Assembly (NCBI GenBank): GCA_013331945.1
Contig: DUFK01000038.1
Coordinates: forward strand, 13,344-46,095
Direction: 5' to 3'
DNA length: 32,752 nt
Origin: Nanobdellota archaeon
Lineage (GTDB): Archaea > Nanobdellota > Nanobdellia > Pacearchaeales > UBA12030
In this document: one piece after another, positions 8,795 through 17,311 of the stretch
Numbering within the stretch: the stretch's first letter is position 1
Layout of the letters: each line of letters starts with the position of its first letter
Program-made: the position numbers and the translations under genes
Notes under the pieces: model-generated
Told to the model about the DNA's origin: nothing
The model's database searches: none
Seen by the model: the letters and a program-made list of their open reading frames with translations, nothing else

Positions 8795-11236
8795 TTATTT
8801 CTCAATCCTGCTTCTTGGGATCTCTACGTAGCGCCCGCTAAATTTCCCCCTCGGATGATTTCTCTTGTACCTGTATGCAACATATATAGCAACGACAATA
8901 AGCACGAGCACTAAAAAGGCTGTTGTCCCGCCGTACTTGCCAAGAGTCAGTGTTATGAACGCTGTAATGCCACCTATCCCCCTTCCAGTTATCTCTCTCT
9001 GCCCCTGCTCACTTTCTTCTGCCGATGCCTCTTGCTGTGGAGCGTTTCCTTTTTCTCCAATCTCGCATTCTCTGGAAACAGGCGGTGCTTTTGCTCTTGT
9101 TCCGCACTGATTGAAGTCCCAGCAATTTCTTGTCTGCTTTCCGCTCTCGCACTCGCCCCATGCATTGCATCTCCAGCTTTCTACACAGGCTTGCTGCTCT
9201 TCTGGGACTAAAACATCTTCACTCTCCCTATTATTGCTTCCGCCAGTGCTTCCACTAGATCCCGAATCACCTGTCGGAGTCTCTTCTGAAGAGTAAGTGG
9301 AAAAAGAAGTTACGCTAAAGATAAATTCTCCTCCGCTATACGAGACTTCTGTGCAGATGCTAGATGGGCATGTCTCGCCGTTTCGCAAAGGCCTCGGATT
9401 TGTGTAGCTAAGGCCGAGAAGATGCACGAAAGCAGACTTGTTCAGCTCTGGCAGGCTTGCTGAGTTTATCTCAACCCGGTTGCTGGAGATGTTTGCATAA
9501 CTATCTATGTCTGCTCCCCCGCTTAAGTCAACAGCCGCCGAAAAGTTTATTCTTCCGGCACTCGGCTCGTCTAAGATGAAGTTCTCTATATTTGAGACAT
9601 TCACTTGGCTTAGATTTGTTGTTATTCCGCTGAAGCTGTTCATGTTGGAGATATAGAATCTCCATGTTTCTGTACTTCCGGCATTGTTGTATGAGTCTGT
9701 GCAGCTGACGTTCCATGTGTAAGCACCAAGTCCCAATCCAGTAAGAGAGAAACTTTTTGTTATATTTCTTGTAACACTCGCTTCTGTCTGGTTCAGCTGA
9801 CCATTTAACATGAGAGAGCAGTTGCTTATCGATGATGCGTCCGTCACATTATAGTTCAGAGTTATGTTTCCATCATTATTTCCTCTTCCATTCTCTGGAG
9901 ATATTGATTTAGCTACAGGCACATCTGCATCTGTATATGAGTTGTAATCAATCGAAAAGTTGTAGAGCTCGGGGCTTGCGACTGCGCTGTCGCTAGTGAA
10001 GAGAGCTCTGTACTGAAAGTATCTGTTATTTGTAACAGAAAGTGCTCCGCTCACAGGATTAGTGAGTGCCCCTGAAAAAGATGCATCACTGCAATCACTC
10101 GCGGAACAGGAGCGCGCGCTGAATGTAAGGTCTGTTGTTACGGTTGTTGTTGCAATGCCGAATGGGTCACCATTCCCCCCATTGAAGTCAGAGCCGTTTA
10201 TTTTTGTCCATGTAGTGCCGGAATCTGCCGAGCTCCAGATGTCTTCATCGCCCTCTATGAGGATAAAGTTGCTGCCGTCAAAATCCGCAACAAGCGCATT
10301 CTGACCTTCTCCGCCATTATAATCATCGTTTACTTTTGTCCAGCTAGTGCCGGAATCTATGGACTGCCACACATCCTGATTGAATATTATGTACAGATTA
10401 TTTGAGGAATCAACAGCCATGAATGTTGCGCCATTACCATCTCCGCCGTTGTAATCATCTTTCACCAGGCTCCAGATGGAGCCGGAATCCACAGAGCGCC
10501 AGACATCGGACTGGGCATCTACGACATACAAAGTACTGCCGGAAAGAACAATGCCCTTTGCATTTCCATTCCCTGCGTTGAAATCAGAGCCATTCACCTT
10601 TGTCCATGTAGTGCCGGAATCAACAGACTTCCAGACATCTTCATCTCCTTCTATGATGATGAGATTGTTGCTGCTATCTGAGGCCATTACTTGCGCATGC
10701 TGATCCTCTCCGTTATAATCGTCATTCACTTTTGTCCACATCAAGCCAAAATCTGTGGAGCGCCAGACATCGTCATCGCCTTCTATGACGAATAAGTTCT
10801 TGTTTCCATCCATCGCCATGACATTTCCGCCGTTGCCCTCACCGCCATTCAAGTCATCCTTCACCAATCGCCAGGTTATGCCGGAATCTGTGGAGCGCCA
10901 GACATCGGACTGGGCATCTACAACAAGTATCAGGGTGCTTCTGAGATTCTCGTTCCAGCTTATGTTATTCCAGACAGAAACGTTCGTGCCATCAAAAACT
11001 TTGCTTGTATAAGTTCCAGAAACATTTCCCTTGCCGAGCTCTACATGATTAACTTGCCATTCTGTATTGTTGTAAGTGCCTGCAGAAAAATCAGACTGGT
11101 TTCCCGAGAAAAAGACTGCAAAACCGGTAAAGCTGAAGGTAGAGAAATTGTTGATGTAGAGGACGATTACCGCGAGGAGCACTATTACTGCGAGGATGGA
11201 AATCCCATTCTCTAGTGCCGAGCCTCTTTTTTTCAT
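8795..11236 (-). CDS. Cell-surface protein: BNR/Asp-box beta-propeller, Ig-like region, TSP1-like Cys motif, C-terminal TM anchor
   Basis: N-terminal hydrophobic segment; six DVWxSxDxGxxW repeats; CVESWRCNAWGECESGKQTRNCWDFNQCGT; C-terminal TM followed by a basic tail. Confidence 0.85.
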   Translation of the reverse strand: MKKRGSALENGISILAVIVLLAVIVLYINNFSTFSFTGFAVFFSGNQSDFSAGTYNNTEWQVNHVELGKGNVSGTYTSKVFDGTNVSVWNNISWNENLRSTLILVVDAQSDVWRSTDSGITWRLVKDDLNGGEGNGGNVMAMDGNKNLFVIEGDDDVWRSTDFGLMWTKVNDDYNGEDQHAQVMASDSSNNLIIIEGDEDVWKSVDSGTTWTKVNGSDFNAGNGNAKGIVLSGSTLYVVDAQSDVWRSVDSGSIWSLVKDDYNGGDGNGATFMAVDSSNNLYIIFNQDVWQSIDSGTSWTKVNDDYNGGEGQNALVADFDGSNFILIEGDEDIWSSADSGTTWTKINGSDFNGGNGDPFGIATTTVTTDLTFSARSCSASDCSDASFSGALTNPVSGALSVTNNRYFQYRALFTSDSAVASPELYNFSIDYNSYTDADVPVAKSISPENGRGNNDGNITLNYNVTDASSISNCSLMLNGQLNQTEASVTRNITKSFSLTGLGLGAYTWNVSCTDSYNNAGSTETWRFYISNMNSFSGITTNLSQVNVSNIENFILDEPSAGRINFSAAVDLSGGADIDSYANISSNRVEINSASLPELNKSAFVHLLGLSYTNPRPLRNGETCPSSICTEVSYSGGEFIFSVTSFSTYSSEETPTGDSGSSGSTGGSNNRESEDVLVPEEQQACVESWRCNAWGECESGKQTRNCWDFNQCGTRAKAPPVSRECEIGEKGNAPQQEASAEESEQGQREITGRGIGGITAFITLTLGKYGGTTAFLVLVLIVVAIYVAYRYKRNHPRGKFSGRYVEIPRSRIEK
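10164..10923 (-). repeat. Six Asp-box repeats arranged as a duplicated three-blade unit
   Basis: Exact 29-nt match gagcgccagacatcggactgggcatctac at 10494 and 10893; exact 23-nt match tttgtccatgtagtgccggaatc at 10203 and 10599. Confidence 0.85.
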
Positions 11237-11326
11237 TTTTCTTTATTAAGGAGTGAGCAAGTTAAACTTTAAAAGCTTTTGAATACCTGTATAGGGAAAC
11301 ATCAAACGAGAGGAAGGAGAGGAAAA

Positions 11327-12631
11327 ATGTCTTACGACATAGTCATAGGAAGAGATGAAGCAGACAAGGTGCGCTTCGGGAGCGATGGCCTCATCTACTT
11401 GGGCAAGCTCTTCGTAAAGATGGGCCAGACCTCTTCTATGAGCAATAAAATCCTGATGGATGTTGCGCGCTCGCACGTTGTGCTTGTCGCGGGAAAAAGA
11501 GGATCAGGAAAATCCTACACGCTCGGAGTCATCGCTGAAGAACTGACTCAATTGCCGGAAGAAGTAAGGCAGAATGTCGCACCACTCATCTTCGATACCA
11601 TGGGCATCTTCTGGACCATGAATTATCCTAATGAGAAAGAGCTTTCCTTGCTGCAAGAATGGCAGTTGAAGCCCCAACGATTGCCAGTGCGAGTCTTTGT
11701 TCCATTCGGATTCATCAAGAAGTACGAAGAATTCGGGATTCCATTCACGAAAGAATTTTCAATCAATCCGGCAGAGCTTGATGCGGCAGATTGGGGCCTT
11801 ACTTTCGGCTTGAGCATGAATGAACCCGCAGGCATCCTTCTTGAGCGCACCATCTCAGACTTGAAGGAAAAGGAAAAAGAGTTCAGTATCGACCACATCG
11901 TACACGAAATCCGCGTCGATGTTAAGTCAGAGAAAGAAGCAAAGAACTTGCTTGAGAATCTTTTTCTCGGAGCAAAGACATGGGGCATTTTTTCGGAGAA
12001 GGCAACAGCAATCAACAAACTCGTTGAAGCTGGCACAACAACGATCCTTGACTTGAGCCAATACAATGTGCAAGGCGCTTACAATGTTCGCGGGCTTGTG
12101 ATAAGCATTGTCTCCCGCAAGCTTTTCCAGGAAAGGATGCTCTACAGAAAGAAAGAGGAAGTTGAAGCAGTGCGCCATGGTCTTGAATACTTGCGCTACA
12201 GGGAGAAGAGAGAGATGCCGATGGTGTGGCTAATGCTGGATGAAGCTCACGAATTCCTGCCGCGAGAAGGAAAGACAGTTGCAACAGAAGCTCTAGTTCA
12301 GCTGCTGCGGGAGGGAAGACAGCCTGGAATATCATTGGTGCTGGCAACACAGCAGCCAGGAGAGATAGCGAGGGATGTGATGACGCAGGCAGACATAATA
12401 ATTTCGCACACAGTCACCTCAAAGCCAGATGTCGAGGCGCTGAATCTGATAATGCAGACTTACCTGCTTGAGGATATTCAATCCTATCTCAACCAATTGC
12501 CCCATCTGAAGGGAAGCGCAATCATCCTTGATGACAACAGCGAGAGGATTTATCCGATGCGCGTCAGGCCAAAACTTACATGGCATGGCGGAGAAGCGCC
12601 CACGGCGCTTCGCGTGAAGAAGAGGATTTGA
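11327..12631 (+). CDS. HerA/FtsK-family (DUF87-type) P-loop ATPase
   Basis: Walker A GKRGSGKS, IFDTMG, Walker B MLDEAH, LREGRQPG arginine finger, LATQQP. ATG 11327 follows a purine-rich SD. Confidence 0.88.
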   Translation: MSYDIVIGRDEADKVRFGSDGLIYLGKLFVKMGQTSSMSNKILMDVARSHVVLVAGKRGSGKSYTLGVIAEELTQLPEEVRQNVAPLIFDTMGIFWTMNYPNEKELSLLQEWQLKPQRLPVRVFVPFGFIKKYEEFGIPFTKEFSINPAELDAADWGLTFGLSMNEPAGILLERTISDLKEKEKEFSIDHIVHEIRVDVKSEKEAKNLLENLFLGAKTWGIFSEKATAINKLVEAGTTTILDLSQYNVQGAYNVRGLVISIVSRKLFQERMLYRKKEEVEAVRHGLEYLRYREKREMPMVWLMLDEAHEFLPREGKTVATEALVQLLREGRQPGISLVLATQQPGEIARDVMTQADIIISHTVTSKPDVEALNLIMQTYLLEDIQSYLNQLPHLKGSAIILDDNSERIYPMRVRPKLTWHGGEAPTALRVKKRI

Positions 12632-12724
12632 GGGGGGATTTGAAGAAAGTAAGAAATCTCTTTCATAAACTTTATATATTTCCAGTGCTTCCCGGGATGA
12701 GCCAATTCAAAAGGAGGTAGTGCA

Positions 12725-12757
12725 ATGGCAAGAAGGAGAAGAAAGGCCGCTAAGTAA
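12725..12757 (+). CDS. Putative 10-aa basic microprotein MARRRRKAAK
   Basis: TATA tttatata 12671-12678, SD AGGAGGT 12712-12718, ATG 12725, TAA 12755-12757, then a hairpin and T-tract. Confidence 0.5.
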   Translation: MARRRRKAAK

Positions 12758-12766
12758 GTAATAATC

Positions 12767-12813
12767 AAGAGGGGAAGCAATCTTCGATTTTATTTTTCTC
12801 CTCTTATTTTTTT
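12767..12813 (+). terminator. Hairpin plus T-tract between convergent genes
   Basis: aagaggggaa (12767-12776) pairs with ttctcctctt (12796-12805), followed by T7. Confidence 0.45.
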
Positions 12814-13642
12814 ATAAGATTCTGAAATCCACCCGCACGCGATACTTGCGCGGCGCTATCTCTCCTATCTTTTTCCAGCCCAGGATTTTTATTTTCTTCT
12901 TCGCCTTGCGTGCCTCTTGCTGGATTCTCGCGAGCGCTGCATGGGGAATCTCTTCTTCGAGCAAGAAATCATGGTAATTTATAGTGCATCCTTTTTTCGC
13001 GAGCGGGAAGGCCTCGGGGAGGAAGGTTTCCTTGAGTTGGGGGCGAGGCATGACGATCCTATCAAATTTTTCTTTTCTTTTTGTGAGAGTGCTTGCAACC
13101 CTCTTGAAATCTCCGGGAAGAAATTTCAGGTTGGAGAGCTTGTTGAGCTTGATGTTTTCCAAAGCGTATTTCGCTGCATCTTTGTTCAGCTCATTGGCCA
13201 AGATTTCGCCTGCCTGCGAGTTCCTTGCAATCACTATCGGATACGGAAGAGCGCCTGCGAAGGCCACGAGAATGCGCTCGCCCTTTTTCACCTGATGGGC
13301 GATGTCAAGCCTGTCTGAAGAGAGGCGTGGAGAGAAATAAACTTTCGCGATATCGAGCTTGATGCGGCATCCGCTCTCCTTGTGCATGGTCTCAAAGCTC
13401 TTACGACCAGCAATCACTTTGTATTTTGCTTTGCGCAGTCTGCCTGAAAAAACCCCCACTTTATTTACTACAGTCTTTATATGCCTAAGATTCAAGAGCA
13501 CTTGGCCGATTATCTTCTCGCGCTTTCCAAGTTCCTGTGGGAGGTGCAAGATAGCGATCTCTCCGACAACATCGAACGCTCTTGGCAGGAGTCCTAGCTC
13601 TTTCTTTGATAGTTTTCCTGCAAGCGCTTGTTTCAGGTTCAT
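12812..13642 (-). CDS. trm5: Trm5/Taw2 (Met-10+) family tRNA position-37 methyltransferase
   Basis: LPRAFDVVGEIAI, ETMHKESGCRIKLDIAKVYFSPRLSSDR, AFAGALPY (SAM binding), ELNKDA, DRIVMPRP. Confidence 0.85.
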   Translation of the reverse strand: MNLKQALAGKLSKKELGLLPRAFDVVGEIAILHLPQELGKREKIIGQVLLNLRHIKTVVNKVGVFSGRLRKAKYKVIAGRKSFETMHKESGCRIKLDIAKVYFSPRLSSDRLDIAHQVKKGERILVAFAGALPYPIVIARNSQAGEILANELNKDAAKYALENIKLNKLSNLKFLPGDFKRVASTLTKRKEKFDRIVMPRPQLKETFLPEAFPLAKKGCTINYHDFLLEEEIPHAALARIQQEARKAKKKIKILGWKKIGEIAPRKYRVRVDFRIL

Positions 13643-13696
13643 GAAATCTGCAAGAAAAAGCCATAATTAAATCTTTGTGGGCTTTAGGCTCAGAAC

Positions 13697-14548
13697 TTAT
13701 TTTTTAGCTAGACTATCAATTGAGCTGTTAAAGCAGGAGCTGTCTGCCACCCAATTAGCATCAAGGTAATTTTGAGTACCATTGAAAATCCCCACTGCAG
13801 CAAGCTGCTGGAATCTTGGATTTGAAAGATTGTAGAATTCAGTCGAATTTGTGACAAATCCGACCTCGACTATGATTGATGGTCTTCTCGGCTGCTTGTT
13901 GATGACGTAAAGGTTATCTCTGAATATAAGGCCCCTGTTACGCCGGTGGATTTTTTTTACAAGCGCTGCCTGGACATACCCCGCTAACTCTCCATCTTCA
14001 GAATCCTTATAGAGGGTCTCGGTTCCGCTTTCCCGCGGATTGATGCCTGCCGAAGAGCCGGCTGCATTGTTATGGACGCTTAAGAAGACAGTGCAGTTAC
14101 GTGCATTTGCTATCTGTACTCTCCTCTTTAAAGAAACGCAGTAGTCCGAGTTCCTTGTCATCACAACATCATAATCAGTCAAGGAGGTGAATAATCCACT
14201 CAACCTTGAGCTTATCCCTAGATTGAAATTCTTTTCATTTGGAGGCCTACTGCTATTGTATTTCCAGGCCTTTCCGACCTGCACCATATCATCCCATCCA
14301 GCAGCACCAATTCCACATCCTGCAGAGCCATTTGCTGTCCCTCCATGACCTGGGTCGATGCAGATTATTGGCTCGCATATAGATCCATCACCTGTATCTG
14401 GACCAGGATCGTCTTTGCTGTCCTCCTCTCCATCATGGGTTGCGAAGGAAGAACTTGAGAAGAAGAGAGTTATTAGAATGCCTAAGAAAATTAAAATTGC
14501 GGCAGCGACAATTTTACTTCTGGCCTTTTTTGATAACAGTCCAATCAT
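13697..14548 (-). CDS. Exported N-acetylmuramoyl-L-alanine amidase (Amidase_3)
   Basis: N-terminal signal/TM; ICIDPGHGG, NEKNFNL, MTRNSDYCVSLKRRVQIAN, FLSVHNNA, SGTET, IIVEVGFVTN. All His/Glu/His zinc ligands and the catalytic Glu are present. Confidence 0.93.
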   Translation of the reverse strand: MIGLLSKKARSKIVAAAILIFLGILITLFFSSSSFATHDGEEDSKDDPGPDTGDGSICEPIICIDPGHGGTANGSAGCGIGAAGWDDMVQVGKAWKYNSSRPPNEKNFNLGISSRLSGLFTSLTDYDVVMTRNSDYCVSLKRRVQIANARNCTVFLSVHNNAAGSSAGINPRESGTETLYKDSEDGELAGYVQAALVKKIHRRNRGLIFRDNLYVINKQPRRPSIIVEVGFVTNSTEFYNLSNPRFQQLAAVGIFNGTQNYLDANWVADSSCFNSSIDSLAKK

Positions 14549-14598
14549 TTAACCCCCGCATTTTCTACACTTGCAAATTAATATTTACAACTTAACAC

Positions 14599-15723
14599 TT
14601 ACAACCTAACCTTTCCGACATACAAGTCGTAATCGCCATCTTTATTTGAAGAGTATGCAATAGATTTCCCATCTGGAGAGAATGCTGGAGAGAGTTCACC
14701 GTAACTTGTTTTGGTCAACCTTGTCTTTGATCCTTTCTTGTTCGCAGTATAGAGTTCACCATCTAATGTGAAAGAAGACATCTTTCCATCAGGGCTCCAT
14801 TGCTGATATCCTAAATCCCCTGCATCTTCGGATTCCCCTAAAATGATTTTTCTGTTCTGCTGAAGGTCATAGGTGTAAGTAAAATATTTTCCATCTGTTT
14901 GATTTTCCGATCCCCTCCAGACCTGGTACAGAATATTTTTCCCATCTGGAGAGATGCTAAAACTGTATACCTCTTCCCCAGCAAGACTTGCTTTAGGGCC
15001 TAAAGGAGCGCGAGCCTTTCCATTCTTAAGGATGGAGTAAAGATTCCCTCCGCGAGTTACGGTTCCGTAAGTTGGGCCTTCTATGAAAGCAATTCTTTTC
15101 GAGTCGGGAAACCATCCGAGCCCCTTTACTTTATCCTGCTTCCGGATATTTCTCGCGCTATTATTCGTTAATAGTCTAGTCTTCGCAGTATTTGTGTCAT
15201 AGAGTATAATATTAGATACATCCTCCCAATTAGCTCCATTAAGGTAAGCTATATGTTGTCCAGATGGAGAATAAAGCGGAGAATCAAGCCCATCTCCCCC
15301 CACCAAAAGTTTTTCTTTTCCACTCTTTAGGTCAAGTTCGAAGATTCCGCTCTTTCCTTCTAGCTCATCAACTGCATAAATGATTTTCTTTCCACTAGGG
15401 TGCCAGCAAAATCCTGGCTTGCTGAATACGAGACCATGAGACTGCGTCTCTTTATTCACAATTTTTTTCAATCCGCTCCCATCCTTGTTGATGAGGTAGA
15501 TTTTTCCCTCTCGGTCCTGGAATGCAATTCTTTGGCCATCAGGGCTCCATTGGGGGTAAAGTTCATGTCCGGGGAGATTTGTGATTTTTCTTTGGTCCGT
15601 GAGATTTATTGCGGGACTTACTGCGGCAACTTTTTGCTCTAGGCCTCCAAAAAGCGCGGGAGCAATCCCCAGACCTAAGTAGATTGAATAAAGAAGTCTC
15701 TTAGTTCTCCCCGACCCTGCCAT
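14599..15723 (-). CDS. Exported TolB-like (PD40) beta-propeller protein
   Basis: N-terminal hydrophobic segment; repeated P-x-W/F/Y-SPDG-x-x-IA motifs; ends SSNKDGDYDLY. Confidence 0.88.
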   Translation of the reverse strand: MAGSGRTKRLLYSIYLGLGIAPALFGGLEQKVAAVSPAINLTDQRKITNLPGHELYPQWSPDGQRIAFQDREGKIYLINKDGSGLKKIVNKETQSHGLVFSKPGFCWHPSGKKIIYAVDELEGKSGIFELDLKSGKEKLLVGGDGLDSPLYSPSGQHIAYLNGANWEDVSNIILYDTNTAKTRLLTNNSARNIRKQDKVKGLGWFPDSKRIAFIEGPTYGTVTRGGNLYSILKNGKARAPLGPKASLAGEEVYSFSISPDGKNILYQVWRGSENQTDGKYFTYTYDLQQNRKIILGESEDAGDLGYQQWSPDGKMSSFTLDGELYTANKKGSKTRLTKTSYGELSPAFSPDGKSIAYSSNKDGDYDLYVGKVRL

Positions 15724-15834
15724 GCAGGAATAAGTGCCTAAAAACTTATATAAGTAGCGATTTCTAGCGCATTTTCAGAATTCGGAAGGAAAACTGGAAA
15801 AAGGGAATGTTTTAAAGATTTTTCTTTGCCTCTT

Positions 15835-16338
15835 TTATCCTTTCAAACCGCTCCTGTGCGGCCACTGCACATTGAACTCGTGCTTGTACACCGATGCGAG
15901 CTTCTTCTTAAGCTCTTCAAAAGTCTGCAAGAATTCGCTTGAATTTGACCTTGAAGCGCGGCTTATGCTCTCTAAGTTCCTGTTTTCAATATAGGCCTCA
16001 TATGGTGATGTAGGAAGGAACTTCTTTGCCTCGAAGACGCAATCATGCATTGAATCGAATAGATTATTCCAGTACATGGTGAATTGGGGCTCTCTTTGTA
16101 CAAGGCTTTTGAGCATGTCTCCTGCCTCTTTCAAAAGCTGGTCCATCTTATCGCGCTCAAATCCTCCGATCTTGGCATTGTGCTCTATCCTGGAGATCAT
16201 CCTAGTGATTTCATAGAAGTTTTCGACAACAAGCCTTATGTCTGATTCGAGCTTCTCCTTACTGTCCACGGCTTGAGGCATGGCAACTGCTGCAAATTCA
16301 ACAGGTTGCTCTTTTTTCTTGAATGGCCAGAATGGCAT
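15835..16338 (-). CDS. Hypothetical helical protein with N-terminal MPFWPFKKK
   Basis: 167-aa ORF with AGGAG upstream; no family recognised. Confidence 0.75.
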   Translation of the reverse strand: MPFWPFKKKEQPVEFAAVAMPQAVDSKEKLESDIRLVVENFYEITRMISRIEHNAKIGGFERDKMDQLLKEAGDMLKSLVQREPQFTMYWNNLFDSMHDCVFEAKKFLPTSPYEAYIENRNLESISRASRSNSSEFLQTFEELKKKLASVYKHEFNVQWPHRSGLKG

Positions 16339-16368
16339 TTTATTCTTCTCCTTTTATTTCTTGGTGCA

Positions 16369-16442
16369 GTGCTCGGAATGCTCTGCATTCCGGCACGCCA
16401 GAAATCCTCTGGATTTCTGAGCGCTTCTTCCTAAGAAGGTGC
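16369..16442. repeat. Three adjacent triloop hairpins (REP-like element, copy 1)
   Basis: cggaatgc-tct-gcattccg; cagaaatcc-tct-ggatttctg; cttctt-cct-aagaag. Confidence 0.75.
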
Positions 16443-16532
16443 TCTCCTTTTTGATTATTACTTTTGAGAGAAGGTAAAGATATAAAAACATTTCTATGAA
16501 ATTTGTCTTTTCTTGGCGGCGCTACACCAGCG

Positions 16533-17210
16533 CTATACCACTCCAAGTGTCTGGAAATTCTTGTATGTCTTGTCTATCTCTCCCTTGAGCAGGGACATTG
16601 CCCCAACAAGCGCGTTCATCGAGCTTATCGCTGAAGCTGCATTGCTCTTTATTCTTGCGACATGTGCATTAAGTGCCCTGCATTGGTTCGCTAGGCTCGA
16701 GTGGTTCTGCAGGAATCCTTCCTGAGCTAGCCTATTTATGAAATGAGCATCATTGTTCAGGTCATTCAAGACGTAGGATATAGCCCGGGGGTATGAACTC
16801 TCGATTGCATGCTTTATGTTATAGTAGCCTGAAATCTTGTTGCTGTAAATCTCATCCATTCCTACAAGAGTCTGATAGGCATCTGACACATACATGCTAA
16901 AAGTCTTTTGATGGAATTGATGCACCCTTTGCACATTCTCTGAGATTGTAGAGGCAAGTTTCTGGAGCGCGGGCACTACTTTCTGATTTGCGAAGATGAA
17001 ATTCCTGTTTTTCACAAGGGTGCCAGTAGTCTCGGGAGAAAGAAATGGGTCACTCGTTGCAGTTATGATGTCTTGGCAGGCTTTTACAAAGGTGCTGGAA
17101 TGAGTTATGATAATGTTGCTCTGGGAAGTGACAGCGTGCCTGGTCTCATGAAGAATGCGCCTTTTCTGCTCCTTTTCCACATCGCGGAGCTCTTTTTCTT
17201 TCATTAACAT
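16533..17210 (-). CDS. Hypothetical helical/coiled-coil protein
   Basis: 225-aa ORF with GAGGAG SD upstream; no family recognised. Confidence 0.75.
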   Translation of the reverse strand: MLMKEKELRDVEKEQKRRILHETRHAVTSQSNIIITHSSTFVKACQDIITATSDPFLSPETTGTLVKNRNFIFANQKVVPALQKLASTISENVQRVHQFHQKTFSMYVSDAYQTLVGMDEIYSNKISGYYNIKHAIESSYPRAISYVLNDLNNDAHFINRLAQEGFLQNHSSLANQCRALNAHVARIKSNAASAISSMNALVGAMSLLKGEIDKTYKNFQTLGVV

Positions 17211-17311
17211 CTTATCTCCTCTTTTTCTTGTTCTTCTTATGTTCCGAAATAAGATGTAAATTATTTAAACTTTTGGTGGTATCTATAGAAGGACAAAAAG
17301 CACCAAAAAAG

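Noticed and set aside
10164-10923. CRISPR-like regularly spaced repeats
   Set aside because: Repeats are degenerate, in frame, about 130 nt apart and encode Asp-box blades; no cas genes.
16363-16443. tRNA-like cloverleaf
   Set aside because: Loops are 3 nt, there is no GTTC T-loop or 7-nt anticodon loop, and no 7-bp acceptor stem.
16340-16546. 68-aa ORF
   Set aside because: Runs across the AT-rich promoter region and the hairpin repeat, with no protein-like features.
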